Below, in pieces: positions 1-9,400 of a stretch of 64,000 nucleotides of DNA. A program made the translations under genes and the position numbers. Positions within the stretch are counted from its first letter, which is position 1. Each line of letters opens with the position of its first letter. Under the pieces are notes generated by a model that worked only from the letters and a program-made list of their open reading frames with translations, was not told the origin of the DNA and made no database searches. Source of the stretch: the human T2T-CHM13v2.0 reference genome, Homo sapiens; NCBI RefSeq assembly GCF_009914755.1, contig NC_060931.1, one strand, 5' to 3'.

Positions 1-191
1 CAAAGAGGTTGTTGGGAGGCAGCAGTCGGGCCTGGAGACGCAGCCGGGAGGAAGAGCTGGGCCCGGAGAGGACGCCGGGAGGCCGCATGTGGGTCTGGAG
101 AGGCCGACTTGAGGAGGCCCGGCCTCTGCCTCCCTCAGGGCGGCCTCTGCAGGCCCAGCTGTTCCTCCTGGCTGCATCTCTCGGCCCAGCT

Positions 192-470
192 CCTGCCTCC
201 CAGCAGGCAAGCTCTTTTGGCTCAGCTCCCTCCAGCGTTTGTAGACCCCGAAGTTTCTGCAGCCAAGCTCTTCAGGCCCACATCCTGCCTCCCGGTGGCC
301 TGTACAGTCCCAGCTCTGGCAGCAGAAGAGCGTCAGCAGGCCCCGCTGTTGCCTCCCAGGGGCGTCTCCAGGCCCAGCTCTCGCCCCACCACGGCCTCCC
401 GCGGCCAAGTCCCTGCCTGCTCCCGGCAGCCTGCGTACGGCCCTGCTCCTCCCTCACGGTGGCCTGTTGA
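192..470 (+). repeat. Left arm of the imperfect inverted repeat flanking the minisatellite (teucer-like)
   Basis: Ends '...cctccctcacggtggcctgttga' at 470, the reverse complement of 'tcaacaggccaccgtgagggagg' starting at 796. The + ORF ending at 470 and the - ORF ending at 796 both finish SSLTVAC. Confidence 0.95.
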
Positions 471-765
471 GGCAGGGGCTCACGCTGACCTCTCTCGGCG
501 TGGGAGGGGCCGGTGTGAGGCAAGGGCTCACGCTGACCTCTCTCGGCGTGGGAGGGGCCGGTGTGAGGCAAGGGGCTCACGCCGACCTCTCTCGGCGTGA
601 GAGGGGCCGGTGTGAGGCAAGGGGCTCACGCTGACCTCTCTCTGCGTGGGAGGGGCCGGTGTGAGCCAAGGGGTCAGTGTGGGAGGGGCCGGTGTGAGGC
701 AAGGGGCTCACGCCGACCTCTCTCAGCGTGGGAGGAGCCGGTGTGAGGCAGGGACTCACGCCTCT
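468..765 (+). repeat. 48/49-bp G-rich minisatellite in every unit (TGAGGCAAGGGGCTCACGCTGACCTCTCTCGGCGTGGGAGGGGCCGGTG); resembles the primate 'ajax' 49-bp satellite
   Basis: Monomers start at 468, 516, 564, 613, 662, 695 and 744 (48, 48, 49, 49, 33 truncated, 49, then a partial). The tandem structure is read directly. The ajax name rests on my recall of the TELO_Comp description (49-bp array bounded by duplicated teucer sequence) and is unverified. Confidence 0.9.
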
Positions 766-795
766 GCGCAGGGTGCCAGCGGCATGAGTTGGGCA

Positions 796-1066
796 TCAAC
801 AGGCCACCGTGAGGGAGGAACTGGGCCGCACGCGGGCTGCCGGGAGGCCGCCGTGGGGGCGAGAGCTGGGCCTGGAGAGGCCCCTGGGAGGCAAGAGCGG
901 GACCTGCAGAGGCTGTTCTACCGCCAGAGCTGGGCCTGTACAGGCCACCGAGAGGCAGTAGGCGGGCGCGAAGAGCTTGGCTCGAGAAAGTTCGGGGCCT
1001 ACAAAGGCGGTTTTGAGCTGGGCAGGAGTTGAGCCCAAAGAGCTTGCTTACTTGCTGGGAGGCAGG
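796..1066 (-). repeat. Right arm of the imperfect inverted repeat (teucer-like), reverse complement of 192-470
   Basis: Manual alignment of the core (238-400 against the reverse complement of ~842-1005) gives about 22 differences in ~163 nt (~85% identity). The left arm carries an extra ~24 nt at ~401-424. TGTACA is mirrored at 301 and 937. Confidence 0.95.
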
Positions 1067-1290
1067 GCCGGGAGACGCTGACTTCAGGACGACTTGGGCC
1101 TGCAGAGGTCGCCAGGAGGCCCAAGCTGGGCGCGGAGGAGCCCACCGACCGGAGACCGTTTGGGGCCTGGAGACGCCATCGGAGGGCAGGAGCTGATCCT
1201 GGAGAGGCCACCGTGAGGCCTGACCTGGGCCTGGGGAGCTTGGCTTGAGGAAGCTGTGGGCCGACCAAGGCCGCCAGGAGATGGGCAGGC

Positions 1291-1525
1291 GCTGAGTCCA
1301 AAGAGGTTGTTGGGAGGCAGCAGTCGGGCCTGGAGACGCAGCCGGGAGGAAGAGCTGGGCCCGGAGAGGACGCCGGGAGGCCGCATGTGGGTCTGGAGAG
1401 GCCGACTTGAGGAGGCCCGGCCTCTGCCTCCCTCAGGGCGGCCTCTGCAGGCCCAGCTGTTCCTCCTGGCTGCATCTCTCGGCCCAGCTCCTGCCTCCCA
1501 GCAGGCAAGCTCTTTTGGCTCAGCT
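1291..1525. repeat. Second, shorter imperfect inverted repeat across each unit-unit junction (~1291-1374 pairs with ~1437-1525)
   Basis: The reverse complement of 1291-1374 (ggcgtcctctccgggcccagctcttcctcccggctgcgtctccaggcccgactgctgcctcccaacaacctctttggactcagc) aligns to 1437 onward (ggcggcctctgcaggcccagctgttcctcctggctgcatctctcggcccagctcctgcctcccagcaggcaagctcttttggctcagc). Confidence 0.85.
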
Positions 1526-4500
1526 CCCTCCAGCGTTTGTAGACCCCGAAGTTTCTGCAGCCAAGCTCTTCAGGCCCACATCCTGCCTCCCGGTGGCCTG
1601 TACAGTCCCAGCTCTGGCAGCAGAAGAGCGTCAGCAGGCCCCGCTGTTGCCTCCCAGGGGCGTCTCCAGGCCCAGCTCTCGCCCCACCACGGCCTCCCGC
1701 GGCCAAGTCCCTGCCTGCTCCCGGCAGCCTGCGTACGGCCCTGCTCCTCCCTCACGGTGGCCTGTTGAGGCAGGGGCTCACGCTGACCTCTCTCGGCGTG
1801 GGAGGGGCCGGTGTGAGGCAAGGGCTCACGCTGACCTCTCTCGGCGTGGGAGGGGCCGGTGTGAGGCAAGGGGCTCACGCCGACCTCTCTCGGCGTGAGA
1901 GGGGCCGGTGTGAGGCAAGGGTCTCACGCTGACCTCTCTCTGCGTGGGAGGGGCCGGTGTGAGCCAAGGGGTCAGTGTGGGAGGGGCCGGTGTGAGGCAA
2001 GGGGCTCACGCCGACCTCTCTCAGCGTGGGAGGAGCCAGTGTGAGGCAGGGACTCACGCCTCTGCGCAGGGTGCCAGCGGCATGAGTTGGGCATCAACAG
2101 GCCACCGTGAGGGAGGAACTGGGCCGCACGCGGGCTGCCGGGAGGCCGCCGTGGGGGCGAGAGCTGGGCCTGGAGAGGCCCCTGGGAGGCAAGAGCGGGA
2201 CCTGCAGAGGCTGTTCTACCGCCAGAGCTGGGCCTGTACAGGCCACCGAGAGGCAGTAGGCGGGCGCGAAGAGCTTGGCTCGAGAAAGTTCGGGGCCTAC
2301 AAAGGCGGTTTTGAGCTGGGCAGGAGTTGAGCCCAAAGAGCTTGCTTACTTGCTGGGAGGCAGGGCCGGGAGACGCTGACTTCAGGACGACTTGGGCCTG
2401 CAGAGGTCGCCAGGAGGCCCAAGCTGGGCGCGGAGGAGCCCACCGACCGGAGACCGTTTGGGGCCTGGAGACGCCATCGGAGGGCAGGAGCTGATCCTGG
2501 AGAGGCCACCGTGAGGCCTGACCTGGGCCTGGGGAGCTTGGCTTGAGGAAGCTGTGGGCCGACCAAGGCCGCCAGGAGATGGGCAGGCGCTGAGTCCAAA
2601 GAGGTTGTTGGGAGGCAGCAGTCGGGCCTGGAGACGCAGCCGGGAGGAAGAGCTGGGCCCGGAGAGGACGCCGGGAGGCCGCATGTGGGTCTGGAGAGGC
2701 CGACTTGAGGAGGCCCGGCCTCTGCCTCCCTCAGGGCGGCCTCTGCAGGCCCAGCTGTTCCTCCTGGCTGCATCTCTCGGCCCAGCTCCTGCCTCCCAGC
2801 AGGCAAGCTCTTTTGGCTCAGCTCCCTCCAGCGTTTGTAGACCCCGAAGTTTCTGCAGCCAAGCTCTTCAGGCCCACATCCTGCCTCCCGGTGGCCTGTA
2901 CAGTCCCAGCTCTGGCAGCAGAAGAGCGTCAGCAGGCCCCGCTGTTGCCTCCCAGGGGCGTCTCCAGGCCCAGCTCTCGCCCCACCACGGCCTCCCGCGG
3001 CCAAGTCCCTGCCTGCTCCCGGCAGCCTGCGTACGGCCCTGCTCCTCCCTCACGGTGGCCTGTTGAGGCAGGGGCTCACGCTGACCTCTCTCGGCGTGGG
3101 AGGGGCCGGTGTGAGGCAAGGGCTCACGCTGACCTCTCTCGGCGTGGGAGGGGCCGGTGTGAGGCAAGGGGCTCACGCCGACCTCTCTCGGCGTGAGAGG
3201 GGCCGGTGTGAGGCAAGGGGCTCACGCTGACCTCTCTCTGCGTGGGAGGGGCCGGTGTGAGCCAAGGGGTCAGTGTGGGAGGGGCCGGTGTGAGGCAAGG
3301 GGCTCACGCCGACCTCTCTCAGCGTGGGAGGAGCCGGTGTGAGGCAGGGACTCACGCCTCTGCGCAGGGTGCCAGCGGCATGAGTTGGGCATCAACAGGC
3401 CACCGTGAGGGAGGAACTGGGCCGCACGCGGGCTGCCGGGAGGCCGCCGTGGGGGCGAGAGCTGGGCCTGGAGAGGCCCCTGGGAGGCAAGAGCGGGACC
3501 TGCAGAGGCTGTTCTACCGCCAGAGCTGGGCCTGTACAGGCCACCGAGAGGCAGTAGGCGGGCGCGAAGAGCTTGGCTCGAGAAAGTTCGGGGCCTACAA
3601 AGGCGGTTTTGAGCTGGGCAGGAGTTGAGCCCAAAGAGCTTGCTTACTTGCTGGGAGGCAGGGCCGGGAGACGCTGACTTCAGGACGACTTGGGCCTGCA
3701 GAGGTCGCCAGGAGGCCCAAGCTGGGCGCGGAGGAGCCCACCGACCGGAGACCGTTTGGGGCCTGGAGACGCCATCGGAGGGCAGGAGCTGATCCTGGAG
3801 AGGCCACCGTGAGGCCTGACCTGGGCCTGGGGAGCTTGGCTTGAGGAAGCTGTGGGCCGACCAAGGCCGCCAGGAGATGGGCAGGCGCTGAGTCCAAAGA
3901 GGTTGTTGGGAGGCAGCAGTCGGGCCTGGAGACGCAGCCGGGAGGAAGAGCTGGGCCCGGAGAGGACGCCGGGAGGCCGCATGTGGGTCTGGAGAGGCCG
4001 ACTTGAGGAGGCCCGGCCTCTGCCTCCCTCAGGGCGGCCTCTGCAGGCCCAGCTGTTCCTCCTGGCTGCATCTCTCGGCCCAGCTCCTGCCTCCCAGCAG
4101 GCAAGCTCTTTTGGCTCAGCTCCCTCCAGCGTTTGTAGACCCCGAAGTTTCTGCAGCCAAGCTCTTCAGGCCCACATCCTGCCTCCCGGTGGCCTGTACA
4201 GTCCCAGCTCTGGCAGCAGAAGAGCGTCAGCAGGCCCCGCTGTTGCCTCCCAGGGGCGTCTCCAGGCCCAGCTCTCGCCCCACCACGGCCTCCCGCGGCC
4301 AAGTCCCTGCCTGCTCCCGGCAGCCTGCGTACGGCCCTGCTCCTCCCTCACGGTGGCCTGTTGAGGCAGGGGCTCACGCTGACCTCTCTCGGCGTGGGAG
4401 GGGCCGGTGTGAGGCAAGGGCTCACGCTGACCTCTCTCGGCGTGGGAGGGGCCGGTGTGAGGCAAGGGGCTCACGCCGACCTCTCTCGGCGTGAGAGGGG

Positions 4501-5309
4501 CCGGTGTGAGGCAAGGGGCTCACGCTGACCTCTCTCTGCGTGGGAGGGGCCGGTGTGAGCCAAGGGGTCAGTGTGGGAGGGGCCGGTGTGAGGCAAGGGG
4601 CTCACGCCGACCTCTCTCAGCGTGGGAGGAGCCGGTGTGAGGCAGGGACTCACGCCTCTGCGCAGGGTGCCAGCGGCATGAGTTGGGCATCAACAGGCCA
4701 CCGTGAGGGAGGAACTGGGCCGCACGCGGGCTGCCGGGAGGCCGCCGTGGGGGCGAGAGCTGGGCCTGGAGAGGCCCCTGGGAGGCAAGAGCGGGACCTG
4801 CAGAGGCTGTTCTACCGCCAGAGCTGGGCCTGTACAGGCCACCGAGAGGCAGTAGGCGGGCGCGAAGAGCTTGGCTCGAGAAAGTTCGGGGCCTACAAAG
4901 GCGGTTTTGAGCTGGGCAGGAGTTGAGCCCAAAGAGCTTGCTTACTTGCTGGGAGGCAGGGCCGGGAGACGCTGACTTCAGGACGACTTGGGCCTGCAGA
5001 GGTTGCCAGGAGGCCCAAGCTGGGCGCGGAGGAGCCCACCGACCGGAGACCGTTTGGGGCCTGGAGACGCCATCGGAGGGCAGGAGCTGATCCTGGAGAG
5101 GCCACCGTGAGGCCTGACCTGGGCCTGGGGAGCTTGGCTTGAGGAAGCTGTGGGCCGACCAAGGCCGCCAGGAGATGGGCAGGCGCTGAGTCCAAAGAGG
5201 TTGTTGGGAGGCAGCAGTCGGGCCTGGAGACGCAGCCGGGAGGAAGAGCTGGGCCCGGAGAGGACGCCGGGAGGCCGCATGTGGGTCTGGAGAGGCCGAC
5301 TTGAGGAGG

Positions 5310-6461
5310 CCCGGCCTCTGCCTCCCTCAGGGCGGCCTCTGCAGGCCCAGCTGTTCCTCCTGGCTGCATCTCTCGGCCCAGCTCCTGCCTCCCAGCAGGC
5401 AAGCTCTTTTGGCTCAGCTCCCTCCAGCGTTTGTAGACCCCGAAGTTTCTGCAGCCAAGCTCTTCAGGCCCACATCCTGCCTCCCGGTGGCCTGTACAGT
5501 CCCAGCTCTGGCAGCAGAAGAGCGTCAGCAGGCCCCGCTGTTGCCTCCCAGGGGCGTCTCCAGGCCCAGCTCTCGCCCCACCACGGCCTCCCGCGGCCAA
5601 GTCCCTGCCTGCTCCCGGCAGCCTGCGTACGGCCCTGCTCCTCCCTCACGGTGGCCTGTTGAGGCAGGGGCTCACGCTGACCTCTCTCGGCGTGGGAGGG
5701 GCCGGTGTGAGCCAAGGGGTCAGTGTGGGAGGGGCCGGTGTGAGGCAAGGGGCTCACGCCGACCTCTCTCAGCGTGGGAGGAGCCAGTGTGAGGCAGGGA
5801 CTCACGCCTCTGCGCAGGGTGCCAGCGGCATGAGTTGGGCATCAACAGGCCACCGTGAGGGAGGAACTGGGCCGCACGCGGGCTGCCGGGAGGCCGCCGT
5901 GGGGGCGAGAGCTGGGCCTGGAGAGGCCCCTGGGAGGCAAGAGCGGGACCTGCAGAGGCTGTTCTACCGCCAGAGCTGGGCCTGTACAGGCCACCGAGAG
6001 GCAGTAGGCGGGCGCGAAGAGCTTGGCTCGAGAAAGTTCGGGGCCTACAAAGGCGGTTTTGAGCTGGGCAGGAGTTGAGCCCAAAGAGCTTGCTTACTTG
6101 CTGGGAGGCAGGGCCGGGAGACGCTGACTTCAGGACGACTTGGGCCTGCAGAGGTCGCCAGGAGGCCCAAGCTGGGCGCGGAGGAGCCCACCGACCGGAG
6201 ACCGTTTGGGGCCTGGAGACGCCATCGGAGGGCAGGAGCTGATCCTGGAGAGGCCACCGTGAGGCCTGACCTGGGCCTGGGGAGCTTGGCTTGAGGAAGC
6301 TGTGGGCCGACCAAGGCCGCCAGGAGATGGGCAGGCGCTGAGTCCAAAGAGGTTGTTGGGAGGCAGCAGTCGGGCCTGGAGACGCAGCCGGGAGGAAGAG
6401 CTGGGCCCGGAGAGGACGCCGGGAGGCCGCATGTGGGTCTGGAGAGGCCGACTTGAGGAGG
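5310..6461. repeat. Short unit 5 (1152 bp), lacking three minisatellite monomers (48+49+49 = 146 bp)
   Basis: Anchor spacing 5301 to 6453 is 1152. At ~5660-5740 monomer 1 runs straight into the 33-bp truncated monomer. Confidence 0.95.
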
Positions 6462-9400
6462 CCCGGCCTCTGCCTCCCTCAGGGCGGCCTCTGCAGGCCC
6501 AGCTGTTCCTCCTGGCTGCATCTCTCGGCCCAGCTCCTGCCTCCCAGCAGGCAAGCTCTTTTGGCTCAGCTCCCTCCAGCGTTTGTAGACCCCGAAGTTT
6601 CTGCAGCCAAGCTCTTCAGGCCCACATCCTGCCTCCCGGTGGCCTGTACAGTCCCAGCTCTGGCAGCAGAAGAGCGTCAGCAGGCCCCGCTGTTGCCTCC
6701 CAGGGGCGTCTCCAGGCCCAGCTCTCGCCCCACCACGGCCTCCCGCGGCCAAGTCCCTGCCTGCTCCCGGCAGCCTGCGTACGGCCCTGCTCCTCCCTCA
6801 CGGTGGCCTGTTGAGGCAGGGGCTCACGCTGACCTCTCTCGGCGTGGGAGGGGCCGGTGTGAGGCAAGGGCTCACGCTGACCTCTCTCGGCGTGGGAGGG
6901 GCCGGTGTGAGGCAAGGGGCTCACGCCGACCTCTCTCGGCGTGAGAGGGGCCGGTGTGAGGCAAGGGGCTCACGCTGACCTCTCTCTGCGTGGGAGGGGC
7001 CGGTGTGAGCCAAGGGGTCAGTGTGGGAGGGGCCGGTGTGAGGCAAGGGGCTCACGCCGACCTCTCTCAGCGTGGGAGGAGCCAGTGTGAGGCAGGGACT
7101 CACGCCTCTGCGCAGGGTGCCAGCGGCATGAGTTGGGCATCAACAGGCCACCGTGAGGGAGGAACTGGGCCGCACGCGGGCTGCCGGGAGGCCGCCGTGG
7201 GGGCGAGAGCTGGGCCTGGAGAGGCCCCTGGGAGGCAAGAGCGGGACCTGCAGAGGCTGTTCTACCGCCAGAGCTGGGCCTGTACAGGCCACCGAGAGGC
7301 AGTAGGCGGGCGCGAAGAGCTTGGCTCGAGAAAGTTCGGGGCCTACAAAGGCGGTTTTGAGCTGGGCAGGAGTTGAGCCCAAAGAGCTTGCTTACTTGCT
7401 GGGAGGCAGGGCCGGGAGACGCTGACTTCAGGACGACTTGGGCCTGCAGAGGTCGCCAGGAGGCCCAAGCTGGGCGCGGAGGAGCCCACCGACCGGAGAC
7501 CGTTTGGGGCCTGGAGACGCCATCGGAGGGCAGGAGCTGATCCTGGAGAGGCCACCGTGAGGCCTGACCTGGGCCTGGGGAGCTTGGCTTGAGGAAGCTG
7601 TGGGCCGACCAAGGCCGCCAGGAGATGGGCAGGCGCTGAGTCCAAAGAGGTTGTTGGGAGGCAGCAGTCGGGCCTGGAGACGCAGCCGGGAGGAAGAGCT
7701 GGGCCCGGAGAGGACGCCGGGAGGCCGCATGTGGGTCTGGAGAGGCCGACTTGAGGAGGCCCGGCCTCTGCCTCCCTCAGGGCGGCCTCTGCAGGCCCAG
7801 CTGTTCCTCCTGGCTGCATCTCTCGGCCCAGCTCCTGCCTCCCAGCAGGCAAGCTCTTTTGGCTCAGCTCCCTCCAGCGTTTGTAGACCCCGAAGTTTCT
7901 GCAGCCAAGCTCTTCAGGCCCACATCCTGCCTCCCGGTGGCCTGTACAGTCCCAGCTCTGGCAGCAGAAGAGCGTCAGCAGGCCCCGCTGTTGCCTCCCA
8001 GGGGCGTCTCCAGGCCCAGCTCTCGCCCCACCACGGCCTCCCGCGGCCAAGTCCCTGCCTGCTCCCGGCAGCCTGCGTACGGCCCTGCTCCTCCCTCACG
8101 GTGGCCTGTTGAGGCAGGGGCTCACGCTGACCTCTCTCGGCGTGGGAGGGGCCGGTGTGAGGCAAGGGCTCACGCTGACCTCTCTCGGCGTGGGAGGGGC
8201 CGGTGTGAGGCAAGGGGCTCACGCCGACCTCTCTCGGCGTGAGAGGGGCCGGTGTGAGGCAAGGGGCTCACGCTGACCTCTCTCTGCGTGGGAGGGGCCG
8301 GTGTGAGCCAAGGGGTCAGTGTGGGAGGGGCCGGTGTGAGGCAAGGGGCTCACGCCGACCTCTCTCAGCGTGGGAGGAGCCAGTGTGAGGCAGGGACTCA
8401 CGCCTCTGCGCAGGGTGCCAGCGGCATGAGTTGGGCATCAACAGGCCACCGTGAGGGAGGAACTGGGCCGCACGCGGGCTGCCGGGAGGCCGCCGTGGGG
8501 GCGAGAGCTGGGCCTGGAGAGGCCCCTGGGAGGCAAGAGCGGGACCTGCAGAGGCTGTTCTACCGCCAGAGCTGGGCCTGTACAGGCCACCGAGAGGCAG
8601 TAGGCGGGCGCGAAGAGCTTGGCTCGAGAAAGTTCGGGGCCTACAAAGGCGGTTTTGAGCTGGGCAGGAGTTGAGCCCAAAGAGCTTGCTTACTTGCTGG
8701 GAGGCAGGGCCGGGAGACGCTGACTTCAGGACGACTTGGGCCTGCAGAGGTCGCCAGGAGGCCCAAGCTGGGCGCGGAGGAGCCCACCGACCGGAGACCG
8801 TTTGGGGCCTGGAGACGCCATCGGAGGGCAGGAGCTGATCCTGGAGAGGCCACCGTGAGGCCTGACCTGGGCCTGGGGAGCTTGGCTTGAGGAAGCTGTG
8901 GGCCGACCAAGGCCGCCAGGAGATGGGCAGGCGCTGAGTCCAAAGAGGTTGTTGGGAGGCAGCAGTCGGGCCTGGAGACGCAGCCGGGAGGAAGAGCTGG
9001 GCCCGGAGAGGACGCCGGGAGGCCGCATGTGGGTCTGGAGAGGCCGACTTGAGGAGGCCCGGCCTCTGCCTCCCTCAGGGCGGCCTCTGCAGGCCCAGCT
9101 GTTCCTCCTGGCTGCATCTCTCGGCCCAGCTCCTGCCTCCCAGCAGGCAAGCTCTTTTGGCTCAGCTCCCTCCAGCGTTTGTAGACCCCGAAGTTTCTGC
9201 AGCCAAGCTCTTCAGGCCCACATCCTGCCTCCCGGTGGCCTGTACAGTCCCAGCTCTGGCAGCAGAAGAGCGTCAGCAGGCCCCGCTGTTGCCTCCCAGG
9301 GGCGTCTCCAGGCCCAGCTCTCGCCCCACCACGGCCTCCCGCGGCCAAGTCCCTGCCTGCTCCCGGCAGCCTGCGTACGGCCCTGCTCCTCCCTCACGGT

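Larger units (their letters stand above)
118..1415. repeat. Representative unit in its natural phase: left arm + 48/49-bp minisatellite + right arm
   Basis: Phase set by the array end: inside the array 'cttgaggagg' (108-117, 1406-1415) is followed by 'cccggcctctgcc'; in the flank (63501-63510) it is followed by 'ttctgggccc'. Confidence 0.93.

Noticed and set aside
468-765. CRISPR-like array
   Set aside because: The monomers are contiguous with no unique spacers and there are no cas genes; it is a minisatellite.
129-818. CCTCCCT recombination-hotspot heptamers (129, 448, and minus strand at 812) as PRDM9 sites
   Set aside because: None extends to the 13-mer CCNCCNTNNCCNC, and such heptamers are expected by chance at this base composition.
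192-1066. MITE or foldback DNA transposon suggested by the long inverted arms
   Set aside because: No defined termini, target-site duplication or transposase. The arms grade into more of the same subrepeat in the flank.
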